This document shows, one piece after another, positions 28,407 to 40,489 of a stretch of DNA of 64,000 nt. The DNA lies in NCBI GenBank assembly GCA_964019335.1, contig OZ025762.1, positions 62,001 through 126,000 on the forward strand, in the 5' to 3' direction. The notes under the pieces are model-generated. The model was not told the DNA's origin. It worked only from the letters and a program-made list of their open reading frames with translations, and made no database searches. The stretch comes from Diplonema japonicum (lineage: Eukaryota; Protista; Euglenozoa: Diplonemea). A program made the position numbers and the translations under genes. Each line of letters opens with the position of its first letter. The stretch's first letter is position 1.

Positions 28407-30011
28407 TCATGTTCCGACATGGGCACCCTCTTTTGGAACAACAGCCCGCTTCTCAAGTTGTGACAGTACATTCATTAGTTGCCTCTGATTTGCAAAGATA
28501 GTTGCAATCTCCTCTTGTGTGACGGACGTGGACACCGGCTGCAACTCGACTGGATCGCTGTCCAGATCATGCTTTGATTGACGCCACAGACCTACACGCA
28601 GCATGAAGGCGTGCGAAAGGTAGAGAAGCATAACGATAATGCAGAAGCTTGCAAACAGGATGAATAAGCCGCTCATGTGCTTGACACTAATAACTAGCTC
28701 CCCCTTATCCCTTTCATGACCCACGCAGGGATCGGGGTAGTGGCGCTCTTGTATCTCTTTGAACTTGTCATTCGTGCGGATGTAAGCTATCGCACCGTTT
28801 AGGAACTTCGCTAGATGTTTGCTCTTCTGCGACAACACGAACGTCAGCTCCGTCGCCGCGTAGGCCACGCTCGATACCACTAAATCATCGCAATTCCTTG
28901 CCACCAACGCTGCAATCGTAAACTGGTCAGACTGCACACCGTCAACTATGCCTGCCCTCAACGCACCCAAGCAGTATTCTATCGCCGACTCCCTGTCTGT
29001 AGTCGGCGGCTGCACCCATCTGTCCGACGGGCATGCAGCCGAGCCCTTGCCGTACAAACAGCATATCTTTGTCTCTTGCGCTTCTTCGAGCGTCATAGGC
29101 CCGTCGCCAGAACGCACCTCCTCCGTGAGGGCAGACGCAAGCTCTGCTGTGTAAGTGCTCCTCACAATGAGCATGAAGAACAACATGGATACACGAACCA
29201 ACCTGCCCAGCCACGTCGTCACTTCGTACCCTTCGCCTCCCACTAGCAACGTTGTGATAGCAAAGTAAACAGCGCCCATAGCCCCCGACGGGGCAAGCCC
29301 CGTGCCGTCAACGTGCCTGCTATCCACCAACCAGAATATGGTCCCAGCAATCACGACGGCAGCACCGATGATGCACCAGAGCAAGGTTGAGAATGGAGAG
29401 AAGATACGCCAGAACCCACTGCTACGGGAGGACCTGCGTATGGCAACGGAGTGGTGGTACTCGACAATGGGGCGGGTGAAGGTGAGGGACAGGGCGTGCA
29501 CGTTGAAGAAGCTTGCGTCAAATGCGGTGATCGATATGTCGATGTCGTCGGAGGCGACAAGCCTCCCACTGATGAGAAAGGCTGGCTGCACCGGGACGAA
29601 GGTATAACTAAAACCCATGAGGAGGGACAACTCACTGACGTAGTCGGGCATCAGGCCGCGCCACCTGCCGTTCCCCACCTCGTCAGGGTGGTAGATCCAC
29701 AAGGACTCCAGGGTAGAGTTGAGCACAGCGATGCGTATCACATCCCCTACGCAGCACTGCCGATAGGTCCACCTGCATGAGGCACAGCAAAATGTCTTCA
29801 CCTGAATGTCATCACAACCTAGCGGCGCATATTGCAGCAGCTGCGAACAGTTCACTGTCTCTCGGCCCTTCAGCCTGTTCACCGTGCCATACCGATAGAG
29901 CGCCTCCGTCAAGACGCTGCTTTCGTTAGCTAAACCAGAGGGGATGACCAACGGGGTATCGACACAGAAGCTGCCTTGAACAAAGGCGCTGGCCAAGAGC
30001 AATAGTGCCAT
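28407..30011 (-). CDS. Ionotropic glutamate receptor-like ligand-gated ion channel
   Basis: Signal peptide; S1 (GLMPDYVSELS, DISI, FTRP); M1 (FSPFSTLLW); pore loop (VYFAITTLL); M3 (GRLV...STYTAELASALT, compare SYTANLAAFLT); S2; M4 (MSGLFILF). Confidence 0.85.
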   Translation of the reverse strand: MALLLLASAFVQGSFCVDTPLVIPSGLANESSVLTEALYRYGTVNRLKGRETVNCSQLLQYAPLGCDDIQVKTFCCASCRWTYRQCCVGDVIRIAVLNSTLESLWIYHPDEVGNGRWRGLMPDYVSELSLLMGFSYTFVPVQPAFLISGRLVASDDIDISITAFDASFFNVHALSLTFTRPIVEYHHSVAIRRSSRSSGFWRIFSPFSTLLWCIIGAAVVIAGTIFWLVDSRHVDGTGLAPSGAMGAVYFAITTLLVGGEGYEVTTWLGRLVRVSMLFFMLIVRSTYTAELASALTEEVRSGDGPMTLEEAQETKICCLYGKGSAACPSDRWVQPPTTDRESAIEYCLGALRAGIVDGVQSDQFTIAALVARNCDDLVVSSVAYAATELTFVLSQKSKHLAKFLNGAIAYIRTNDKFKEIQERHYPDPCVGHERDKGELVISVKHMSGLFILFASFCIIVMLLYLSHAFMLRVGLWRQSKHDLDSDPVELQPVSTSVTQEEIATIFANQRQLMNVLSQLEKRAVVPKEGAHVGT

Positions 30012-31120
30012 ATGTGTACTCCTTTCCTATGTGTGATGGGGAAGCAAGGAAGCAAAGGTTAACGGAGCTAGCCCGGTGGGGAAAGGAAATCAGCGGAAAC
30101 AGGAAGGGAGAGAGAAAAAAAAGAGGTGAATATATGGCCTTTCTTAGTATACGATTGACATAGCGTCAAAAAAGAAGAAAAAAAGGAAGGAAAAGAGAAA
30201 GCTGGTGGGGGAAATACAGCCTGCTGGCTTTTCCTTCAAAAGAAGAAAAAGAAGAAAAAAAAAGAATTATCTTAAACATAGAACTACTATATATAGAAAA
30301 TAGAAAAGAAATGTTAGTTTCGTAAGTCGGGAAGAAAGAAAAAGAAAAGATTGAACGCTTTTTTGTGTTCGCCGAACGGCGTCCACAAGGTATGGGTGTT
30401 TACCTACCAGTCTCATCTGTAATCCTCTGAGGAAGCATACTTGTCTTTCTTCACTAAGCCCGTGCATAGAAAAAAAAAGGGATCTCTGTGCAAAAATACT
30501 AACAAAAAAAAGAAAAGAAAAAAAAACAATATACTGTATATAAAAATTATAAAACTAAGTCGGAGCTCTGCCGCCCCAGGGTCTCTTGTAGCGATTTGCC
30601 TTCTTTTCTTTTTCTCTTCAAGAAGAGTCGGCTAATATTTGTTTGTGCAAAGCCGTTTTCACCTACAGTAGGGATAAACGGACAAGCTGCCTCTACTCTT
30701 TTTTTGCAATAACAATTTCAAGTCTGTAGGGAAGAGACGGAGAGACAGGTTCTAGCTAGGCGGAACCCATTTCTGTTGGAAGAGAGCGTCTCAAGAATGA
30801 CTATCCGTTTGTTCAGAATCATCCAAACTTCCTGTAGGCGCTCTCCAAAAAGAATAGTAAAAAAAAACAAAAGAAAACCAAAAAGAAAAACTGTTTCTCC
30901 ATTTTCCTATGTTCTCAAAAAATATTTTTCATTCTCCTTATCTTCTTCCTTCTTTTTTTTTCTTTTTCTTTTTCTTTTTCTTTCTCAGCGCGCCCAGATT
31001 GAAACTGGAAAGAGAAGAAAAAAAAGAAGGGAAAAAAAAAGGGAATGGGTCTGAAAATAAGGGTCTTTTCATTTCATCTTTTTGGTCATATATTCGAACG
31101 CAGAAAGAAGAAGAAAAAGT

Positions 31121-31852
31121 GTTTTATATAACTCGAGCCGGGTTTTCAAGGGTGGGAGTGAAAATAAGATTTTACTTTATGTCACTCCCAGCTTTATTTT
31201 CACTCCCAGTTTACCTTGAATTAGGCCCAGGAGTGAAATAATGTTCGAGCGTGAAATAATGTAACATTATTTCACTCCTGGGCCTAATTTCACCTATTCC
31301 ACCTAGGTTTAGGGCAAGTTACAGCAAGATCAACGCCATCATCCAACGAAACTTCGGTAAAAAAAATGCAGAGCTTTCCCAGGGTTGCACTTCTTTTGAA
31401 GAAGGCCATGAGGTGAAAAAAGCTTCGGTGTTTAGTCAGGAACAAATGAAAGAGTATCTGGCAATGAAATTCAGCAACAACATAGTGCGTCAGGCATATG
31501 CAGCTTGCATGTTTGGACAAAAGAGTCGCACAAACTGAAATTTAGCGACGTTGTAACTCCCACACACTGTAACCCAATCCCACTTTTCACTTGTTGTAAC
31601 CCTGTAACCTCCCACCCTTTCAAACCCGGCTCTTGTTAAATAAAACAACGTATTAGTGAAAATAAGAGCATTATTCCACTTGTGGTGGCAGGTTTAACTC
31701 GTAGCTTTTTACTTCACTCGCTGCGCTCGTGAAGTAAACGGGATATTAGTTCACTCGCTTCGCTCGTGAACTAAGATCCCTACTCGTTAAACCCCCTGCC
31801 ACCACGCGTGAAATAATGCTATCTTATTTTCACTTAATAAATAGCTATTATT
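31121..31852 (+). mobile_element. Crypton-like tyrosine-recombinase DNA element relic, unit 1
   Basis: 37-bp inverted repeat (31121-31157 / 31610-31646, 32 of 37 matches) encloses a decayed peptide YSKINAII..MQSFPRVALLLK..EVKKASVFSQEQMKEYL..LKFSDV. A ~200-bp foldback module follows. Confidence 0.55.
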
Positions 31853-32585
31853 TAATTCTGAGCAGCTCTCTCAAAAAATTTAGGCCGGAAGATATAAATC
31901 AGGTTTCACTTTATTTCACGCCCAGACCTGGGCGTGAAATAAAGTATCTGATTTTTTCCTCATGTTTTTAAGCCAAACGTTGCTGATTTTGCTGGGCGTG
32001 AAAATCAGGTACTTTATTTCACGCCCACAGTCATTTCTAGCAAAATGGGAAGAAAACCGAAGGCGACCGGGAAGCGAGCCAAGGGCATCAGCCTCGAGAA
32101 AGAGGCCAAAGCTGTGATGGAAGACACGCTTCCAACGGCAAGCAAAATAGCCTACAAGAAGGAGTAGGAGAGGTTTTACACCTACCACTCGATCAAACCC
32201 ACGCCCCTTCAGCCCTGCCCCCTTCGACACAGCCCACTTCTTCAACAGTGCACAGAATCACGTTTGACACAAACGTCAACATCGATTCGCCGAATTGATC
32301 ATACCAAACCCAGTACCGTGTTCAGTAAAGATCGCGCATTGCGCCGCTACAAGCAGGCAGCAGCGAAGCCACACTTAGCACCTAAATTCTTTTCGAGAGC
32401 AGCTCATCATTAAATAAACTGCAGTATTGAATAAAATCAGAGCATGATTTCACTTGTGGGGTCCCCTTTTTGACTCGTTTTTTTACTTCACGAGCGAAGC
32501 GAGTGAAGTAAAATCACTCGTCAAAAAGGGGACCCCACGCGTGAAATCAGGCTATCTGATTTTCATTTAATAAATAGCTATTATT
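31848..32585 (+). mobile_element. Crypton-like relic, unit 2 (internally deleted)
   Basis: Inverted repeat 31848-31884 / 32381-32417; peptide MGRKPK..EAKAVMEDTLPTASKIAYKKE*ERFY from 32045; foldback module 32424-32585 homologous to 31650-31852. Confidence 0.5.
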
Positions 32586-32770
32586 AAAAAATGTGAATCG
32601 CTTCCAAGAGACAAAAAAAAAAACCACTTTTATATCACGCGCGCGCTTCTGCACATGAACTACCACAGACCACAGAGGGAAAAGAAGAACCAAGACGTTG
32701 TTTTTTTCTTTTTCTTTTTCTTTTTTTTTTTCTTCCAATGATTCTGCCAAATTCCCTATTTTCTTCTTTA

Positions 32771-32860
32771 TTTTATTTAATTCGAGCCGGTTTTCAAGGG
32801 TGGGAGTGAAAATAATATTTCACTTTATATCACGCTCAACATTATACTCACTCCCAGCTT
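32771..32860 (+). repeat. Truncated copy of the unit-1 left end
   Basis: TCGAGCCGG(G)TTTTCAAGGGTGGGAGTGAAAATAA is shared with 31133-31167. Confidence 0.75.
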
Positions 32861-35377
32861 AAAGAGAAATGAAGCCCAGGATGACAACTGTTGGTGGCTT
32901 GTTGCTTTTTTTTCGAATGATGAAAAGTCTCTGCTGCCAACGATCAAAACAGGTTCTAAACAAAAAAAAAAAGGTAAAGGTACCGGGAAGACAATGCTTC
33001 ACCCCCCTGTGGGAAGGGAAGGAGAAGAGTGCGTCTTCTGGTCTTTCAGGTTTCTTTCAGCTTAGCCTGAGCTAAGAGTAGTAAGTAGAAGGTAAGGGTG
33101 GAGAGGGGAAGGAAAAGGAGAACATTGTCTACAAACCTTTATCCTCATTTTAATCAAAAAAAAAAAAAGAAATTACTATCTCCGCTTAATTCACCCTACG
33201 CATCTAACTGACAAAAAGAAAAACCAGTTCGACACAAGTGTTTAATTTACCTAATAAAAACTACTCATTGCGTTTCAGTTACTATTTCTTTAGTCTCGAC
33301 ATAGTTACTAAACTTGTTATATAAAAAAAAAGATTAACTCGTTCAAAGGCGGCTTGGATCCCTTCTGATTGGAATAGCCACTTTCTCCCCTTTTGTCTCT
33401 TCTTTTCTTTTTCTCTTTTTTCTCTTTCTCCTCGTTTGCTCTTTGCTGCTCTTTTTTTTTTTTTTTTTTTTTTTTTTCTTTCTTCAAAAACTAGTTCTTT
33501 CTTCACTACGAAAATAAAAAAAAAAAAAAAAAAGAGAAAAAAAGAAAAAGAAAAAAAAAAGAAAAGAGGAAAATGTTTTTCGTCGAGATAAGAAAAAACC
33601 GATATGGTGGGGGAAGGAAAGAGCACCGAACAGGGATGCTGCGTACCTTTGATCTCGGTAACGTGAAAAAAAGAAATATAAATTCGATTAAGCTTCTAAA
33701 AGTACACTGCTGACAGGGAACCAACGACAGTAATTAAGATTTTTTCGATGATTGTTGAAATGAAACCCACCGTTCGTTTGGTTATACCTCATTTTGTTAC
33801 GGATACACCAACTATAAAAAAAAAAAAAAAAAAAATAGAACTCCACAAAACAAACAAAAAAAAAAAGACACTTTTGGCCGATCGATCAACAGAAAGCAGG
33901 GAAGAGGCGGGGCGAGGCTGGGGTTACCTGGCACATTTCTTTTTTTGATTTTCTTTTTTAATTTATCCATTCTTGGGCAAAAAAAAAGAGGGGGGGTCGG
34001 GAGGGGTAGAAACCGAGGCTGAGAGTCAAAGTGTATGGTCAAATGGCCTTGAAAAAAAAGCATTTCTTTTTGGAAAAACTGAAAAAAAAAAAAAAAAAAC
34101 CTTTGCATGGGATTCCTTTTGGAGGGGTTTGATGACAAACCCTAGGCAGCTGTGAAACGAATAGGTTTTCGCACATTTTCGCATTTTCAGCTCTGAGCCA
34201 AAATTTTGAACGTATTTTCGCAAATTCTCACAATGCGAAAATATGCAAAAAATATAATACGAAAATCCAATTCGCATCACTACTACGCCTGGGGGGGGGG
34301 GGGGGGGGCATAAATGTATGAGATAATCTCATCCACCTGCATTCAGATCGTACTTTTGCTCTTCATCGATGCATATTGCTCTCCTGCTCCATCTGATCAC
34401 CGCCTTTCCATCGAATGAAAAAGAGAAGAAGAAAAAAAAGGAAGAAGAAAAAGAAAACCAGATACGGAACACAGAGGGGGGGGAGAGGGAGGGGGAAGAA
34501 GAATAACCGTGTTTTTTTTTTTTTTTTTCGCAACCGCCCCCACTGTTATAAACAACTGCGTGAAGGATGATTATTTTCTTTCTTTTTCTTCTTTTCTTTT
34601 TTGTCTTTAAAGACAAATAAAAAGGGCATTACTTTTGCTTCTTCTTCTTTACTCTGCCAAGGCAGGCACCGTTTAAGGGAAACAAAGGAACCCCTCCCCT
34701 CGTAAGAAACATGAGTAAAGGAACTCGTAAGACAAAACCAACCTTTCTTTTACACAAGGTGACGCAAGGCAAGCAGCACTCAGTGTGACCACCACAGTCG
34801 GCCCCAGTGTACCACGGAACATGGGGGGGGGGGGGGGGGGGGGGTTGTAGTCACACGGCACATTGGAGAGTGAACATCTAACCTGTGCGGCGCCACCTCG
34901 TATTGAGAGGTCTGTGCCCGGAAAAGAAAAAGAAAAACCTTACAACAAAAAAAAGAAACTACACACACCGGCAAAAAAAAAAAAAAAAAAAAAAAAAAGT
35001 TCAACTCAAAGTATTTTCTTCTTTCGTTCAGACCCCTCGGGCTTTGGGGGCCTCTAGTTTCAAACTGCAGAAGTCTGAGATAGAGCCCTCCCTCCGTTAA
35101 AAACTACAACTACTGAAGAAGGGCACACCTGCTGATATATCTTTCTTTTGCTTTTTCTTTTTTCTTCTTTATATATCTCGAAACACACCCAAGCAAATCG
35201 CAGCTGAGTAGGTGGTTCATACCAAATCGACCAACCCTACTGACGCACAAAGAAAACTGTCCTGGTAAACTAGGCACTGTATATCAAAGTAAATCTTGTA
35301 TCAGCTTTATCTTATAACGTTTTTACCAAAACGGGGAAAGGGAAAGCAATAAGAACAAATGCATCATGACGAGGGGT

Positions 35378-37198
35378 CTATATATTACCCAAGGTCAGAC
35401 CTTCTTGCGGAGGGGGAGGGTAGTAGCCTCCGTTCTGTGTGAAGGAGGGTATCCCGTGGTTGATGCTAAGATGGTTCTCGGAATTCAACTCATTCAGCTT
35501 CCCAGGGCTCTCTGGCATCGCCGTAAGCTCCACATCCCCACAAGTATCGTCAGGAAGGACAGCTTTGTATGACTGGTAGTTCGGGAAGAGGCACGCAAAG
35601 TGGGTGAGCTCCTCGAACACATGCTGCCGCGTCTCGCTTGCATCGTCGTAGACACCGATGTAGGTGCTGATGATGATGTGCAGAACCACATCCACGAACA
35701 CCACCTTCGACACAAACATCCCTGCCAGCGTCTTCATGATCAGCCTCGCAACAAACAGCGGGCTCATCATGTTCTTCACCACCGCCACCCCCTGTGACTT
35801 CAGAGCTACCAAATGGTCAGCCATGTACACACCCAACAAAAGGAAGCCAAGGCCCAATATCTGCAGAACGATAGCTATGCGAGTGATCCGTGTCATCAGT
35901 GCCTGCGCCGTTTCACGTGTCACCGCCCGAAGAAGCTTGTCAGAGTACACCAAGAACAACCCCATGCTGGCGGTGATGAGGACAGCCGTTGCCATCACAG
36001 GAACCGTCCCCACCACCACGAGAAGAAGGGCCATGATGCACATCACAATGGGAAGTGCCGAGGCCTGCAAGATGATCAACATCCACGAGGTCACACGGAC
36101 ACCAGGGAACATCAGCTTCGACATCTTCAAACCCTTTTGCAAACCCAGCATCAGACCAAGTACGCCAGGGGCAAGTGACTTCAGTGCTTCCACAGCACCC
36201 AGAAGGAAAGGGAGGTAGATGATGTACCTCAAGAGGAGGCCTACGAAGGTCATCACAAGCTGAGATGCAGACTGTGCCCCGGTGGCAACCTCAATGAGCT
36301 GAATGTCCGATGTCACAGTGTTCGCCATGTCGTCGATGTGCTCGCTGCACACAGCGCCTACATCTACAGCCTTCCCGTTCAGTCGCAGCTCAGTTCCGAT
36401 AGAGGTGTAGACATCGCTGATGAGGTTGAGACAGAATTTGCACAAGCCTTGGACGCTTTCCTTGGGGGAGACGATGTCCATCCAGGGGACGAAGAAGTAG
36501 ATGAAAGGGAGGAAGAAGACAAGGAACCAGCCAAAGGTGACGAGGCGGATACTCTGGTGGTAAGAGACCCACCTCCAGGCGGAGGCGGAGTAGAAGGCGA
36601 TGGCAACGATGGTCTGTGCAAGCGGGATGAACTGCAGCAACTGCTTCTTTGACTTCTCCCTCATCTGGTAGGAGTTTGTGGTCATCACGTCCGCCTCAAC
36701 GTCGACGTCGAAGGCGCTATCCTTGTGCAAGTGCACGATGTTGAGGATGAGGACAATGACGTAGAAAAACACACTTATGTTAAGCTGCGACCGTCGCCAA
36801 GCAAGGTAGGCCTGCGAAACCTGAGGGGCTTTATCCCCCAAGAAGCCTGTGGCGGCGGCGCCCTCAGCTGGCTCCACTTCGACCAAGTTGAGGTCTGTCA
36901 TCATGAGCCTCCTGGGTCTGGGAACCTGCATCTTAAGGTTGTCAGCAAAGGGAACAGGGTAGGAGTAGCTGCTGAAGTAACACACATACAACAACAACCC
37001 ACCGGCCATGAGAAGGAAGATGGCCAAAAGGATGTACCCCAGGTACGAGAGTGCATTCCTACCGACGTAGTCCACTGGCTCGGGTGTACTAGGAGCATCA
37101 GTATCGGGAGCAGGGGTGTTGGGTGCCACTGTAGTCTGTGCCTGCAATACCACTGCGTGCATCAATAGGCACATTGCTGTGAACGTTGTCTTCGCCAT
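35378..37198 (-). CDS. Multipass membrane protein family, copy 2 (606 aa)
   Basis: Intact ORF with signal peptide and family motifs. Confidence 0.9.
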   Translation of the reverse strand: MAKTTFTAMCLLMHAVVLQAQTTVAPNTPAPDTDAPSTPEPVDYVGRNALSYLGYILLAIFLLMAGGLLLYVCYFSSYSYPVPFADNLKMQVPRPRRLMMTDLNLVEVEPAEGAAATGFLGDKAPQVSQAYLAWRRSQLNISVFFYVIVLILNIVHLHKDSAFDVDVEADVMTTNSYQMREKSKKQLLQFIPLAQTIVAIAFYSASAWRWVSYHQSIRLVTFGWFLVFFLPFIYFFVPWMDIVSPKESVQGLCKFCLNLISDVYTSIGTELRLNGKAVDVGAVCSEHIDDMANTVTSDIQLIEVATGAQSASQLVMTFVGLLLRYIIYLPFLLGAVEALKSLAPGVLGLMLGLQKGLKMSKLMFPGVRVTSWMLIILQASALPIVMCIMALLLVVVGTVPVMATAVLITASMGLFLVYSDKLLRAVTRETAQALMTRITRIAIVLQILGLGFLLLGVYMADHLVALKSQGVAVVKNMMSPLFVARLIMKTLAGMFVSKVVFVDVVLHIIISTYIGVYDDASETRQHVFEELTHFACLFPNYQSYKAVLPDDTCGDVELTAMPESPGKLNELNSENHLSINHGIPSFTQNGGYYPPPPQEGLTLGNI

Positions 37199-38277
37199 GC
37201 TGGTGAAATGTTACCTGTGTTGAGAATTAGAGATATTGCGCGTGGAACTGAGTAAATACTAGATAGACATGAACCAGTTTACTGTATAACAAAGGAGGAC
37301 GAGAAGCTAGATGAGAGGGGTTCTTAAACCCGTTTGAGGGAAGAATTAATGAAAAACAAGCTCGGTCTATTTTTGTGCGCCGGTTGTTTGTGCCCACCGG
37401 TGAAAAAAAGAGAAAAAAAGAAATTCCGTGGCATAACCACAAACTTCTTTTCTGCATCATTCGTTTCTGCACATCGGCACGACAGACCACCTGACTACGG
37501 GGAAGGACAGGGGAGGGGTGGGATCACGCCGATTAATACCTTTATGAATAGCAACTGTTCGAAAAAGTAAGAAAGAACATGGGGGGTCTTTTCTTTCTTT
37601 CTTTCTTCATCAACCTTTAACATATTGTCAAAGGTCCACAAACAACGAAAAGAAGATAAAGGAGGCCCTCGTCGTAACCGGAACAAGGTCTTTCGCAATG
37701 TAGTCAAGCCATTACAAGTGGGTAAAAAAAAGAAATCACGAATGTCATCGGCCAACAGCAAAAAAGAAAATACCCAAAACTGAGGGTGGTTCAACAAGGG
37801 ACGCGTAGTGACCGCTGACCCTTGAAATTACACTACAGAAATAAGGGAAACTATATAAAAGTAATGCGTAGAAGATTCTGAGTGTTTTGACAGTGTTTTC
37901 TGTTCTTGTGAACAACAACCACGAAGTTGTGGTGTAATCAAAAAAGTCGAGTGCTGCTTGGTGAGTGGGGGGGGGGGGGAGACGAAAAATACCAAAGACA
38001 AAATATACCCAAGACAATCATTAAACATGAACGAAGGATGGACAGAGCGCGAAGCTCCAAGTGCCAGCCTGATACGCCGGCTGAAACAGGACATGGGGTC
38101 AGTGCTGTTTGCTGCCAACAACATTCAAGGGTAAAAAAAGATAGGGAGAAAAAATATATGAGTTAAAGGAAGTGGCCCCCTTGTTCTCAAAAAACAAATA
38201 TTCTTTAGCGTCATAGTCAGCGAGTCAGCTAAAACAGAAAGATTAATCTGCAGGAAAAGATATCGTCCTGTCCCGCC

Positions 38278-40197
38278 TCACAACGTTTGCATTGCAAGCT
38301 GTTCCTTCGGGGGTGGGTTGTAGACCAAATGCGCAGTTCTAGTTGATACCCCGTGGTTGATGCTAAGATGGTTCTTGGAATCTATTCCTTTCAGTTGCAC
38401 AGGGGTCAGACCTTGCGGAGGGTACTGGTAGCCTTGTGTGAAGGAGGGTATCCCGTGGTTGATGCTAAGATGGTTCTCGGAATTCAACTCATCCCGCTTT
38501 CCAGAGCTCTCTGGCATCGCCGTAAGCTCCACATCCCCACAAGTATCGTCAGGAAGGACAGCTTTGTATGACTGGTAGTTCGGGAAGAGGCACGCAAAGT
38601 GGGTGAGCTCCTCGAACACATGCTGCCGCGTCTCGCTTGCATCGTCGTAGACACCGATGTAGGTGCTGATGATGATGTGCAGAACCACATCCACGAACAC
38701 CACCTTCGACACAAACATCCCTGCCAGCGTCTTCATTATCAGCCTCGAAACAAACAGCGGGCTCATCATGTTCTTCACCACCGCCACCCCCTGTACCTTC
38801 AGAGCCACCAAATGGTCAGCTTTGTACACACCCAACAAAAAGAAGCCAAGGCCCAATATCTGCAGAACGATAGCTATGCGAGTGATCCGTGTCATCAGTG
38901 CCTGTGCCGTTTCACGTGTCACCGCCCGAAGAAGCTTGTCAGAGTACACCAAGAACAACCCCATGCTGGCGGTGATGAGGACAGCCGTTGCCATCACAGG
39001 AATCGTCCCCACCACCACAAGAAGAAGGGCCATGATGCACATCACAATGGGAAGTGCCGAGGCCTGCAAGATGATCAGCATCCACGAGGTCACACGAACA
39101 CCAGGGAACATCAGCTTCGACATCTTCAAACCGCCCTGAAGACCAAGCATCAAGCCCAGAACACCAGGGGCAAGTGACTTCAGTGCTTCCATGGCACCCA
39201 GAAGGAAAGGGAGGTAGATGACGTATCTCAGAAGGAGGCCTATGAACGTTAAAACAAGCTGAGATTCAGATTGAAGTCCAGTAGCACTAGAGACGAGCGA
39301 AAGTTCCGTTCTCACAATCTTTGCCATATCACCAGTCCGTTCACTGCACACGGAGTTGATATCTGCCAGCTTCCCGTTCAGTCGCAGCTCAGTTCCGAAA
39401 GTGGTGTAGGTTTCGTTGATGAGGTTGAGACTATATTTGCACAGTCCTCGGACGCTTTCCTTGGGGGAGACGATGTCCATCCAGGGGACGAAGAAGTAGA
39501 TGAAAGGGAGGAAGAAGACAAGGAACCAGCCAAAGGTGACGAGGCGGATACTCTGGTGGTAAGAGACCCACCTCCAGGCGGAGGCGGAGTAGAAGGCGAT
39601 GGCAACGATGGTCTGTGCAAGCGGGATGAACTGCAGCAACTGCTTCTTTGCCTTCTGCTTCATCAGGTAGCGGTCGGTGGAAAGCACATTCGTTTCCACA
39701 TCAACGTTGAAGGCGCTATCCTTGTGCAGGTACGCGAAGTTGAGGATGAGGACAATGATGTAGAGTAACACACTTATGTTAAGCTGCGACCGTCGCCAAG
39801 CAAGGTAGGCCTGCGAAACCTGAGGGGCTTTATCCCCCAAGAAGCCTGTGGCGGCGGCGCCCTCAGCTGGCTCCACTTCGACCAAGTTGAGGTCTGTCAT
39901 CATGAGCCTCCTGGGTCTGGGAACCTGCATCTTAAGGTTGTCAGCAAAGGGAACAGGGTAGGAGTAGCTGCTGAAGTAACACACATACAACAACAACCCA
40001 CCGGCCATGAGAAGGAAGATGGCCAAAAGGATGTACCCCAGGTACGAGAGTGCATTCCTACCGACGTAGTCCACTGGCTCGGGTGTACTAGGAGCATCAG
40101 TATCGGGAGCAGGGGTGTTGGGTGCCACTGTAGTCTGTGCCTGCAATACCACTGCGTGCATCAATAGGCACATTGCTGTGAACGTTGTCTTCGCCAT
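38278..40197 (-). CDS. Multipass membrane protein family, copy 3 (639 aa)
   Basis: Intact ORF; the first ~140 aa are identical to copy 2; the C-terminal motif is duplicated. Confidence 0.9.
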   Translation of the reverse strand: MAKTTFTAMCLLMHAVVLQAQTTVAPNTPAPDTDAPSTPEPVDYVGRNALSYLGYILLAIFLLMAGGLLLYVCYFSSYSYPVPFADNLKMQVPRPRRLMMTDLNLVEVEPAEGAAATGFLGDKAPQVSQAYLAWRRSQLNISVLLYIIVLILNFAYLHKDSAFNVDVETNVLSTDRYLMKQKAKKQLLQFIPLAQTIVAIAFYSASAWRWVSYHQSIRLVTFGWFLVFFLPFIYFFVPWMDIVSPKESVRGLCKYSLNLINETYTTFGTELRLNGKLADINSVCSERTGDMAKIVRTELSLVSSATGLQSESQLVLTFIGLLLRYVIYLPFLLGAMEALKSLAPGVLGLMLGLQGGLKMSKLMFPGVRVTSWMLIILQASALPIVMCIMALLLVVVGTIPVMATAVLITASMGLFLVYSDKLLRAVTRETAQALMTRITRIAIVLQILGLGFFLLGVYKADHLVALKVQGVAVVKNMMSPLFVSRLIMKTLAGMFVSKVVFVDVVLHIIISTYIGVYDDASETRQHVFEELTHFACLFPNYQSYKAVLPDDTCGDVELTAMPESSGKRDELNSENHLSINHGIPSFTQGYQYPPQGLTPVQLKGIDSKNHLSINHGVSTRTAHLVYNPPPKEQLAMQTL

Positions 40198-40489
40198 GCT
40201 GGTGAAATGTTACCTGTGATGTCAGCATCTAGCATCTGGAATCCAATGATGTAAGAACAAAATATTTATTTTTCAAAGAATGACAAGGGACAAAAGGGAC
40301 ACAAAATAAATCCAGATGAATTCTTTCTGTGTAACCACCTCTTATCCCGGGCACTCTCCTCCGTTGTATTTCTTCAAGCAGTCTCTGCAAGAAGGGGAAG
40401 GCACACAAGCTGTGGGGGCTAGTAAGTCTGTAAAAGGTTTGAGGGAATATTGAATCAAAAACGAAAACTTAGATTAATTTCAGGGTGCG

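Noticed and set aside
34140-34295. Possible MITE with repeated TTTTCGCA motifs
   Set aside because: The inverted ends are too degenerate and I could not define a TSD.
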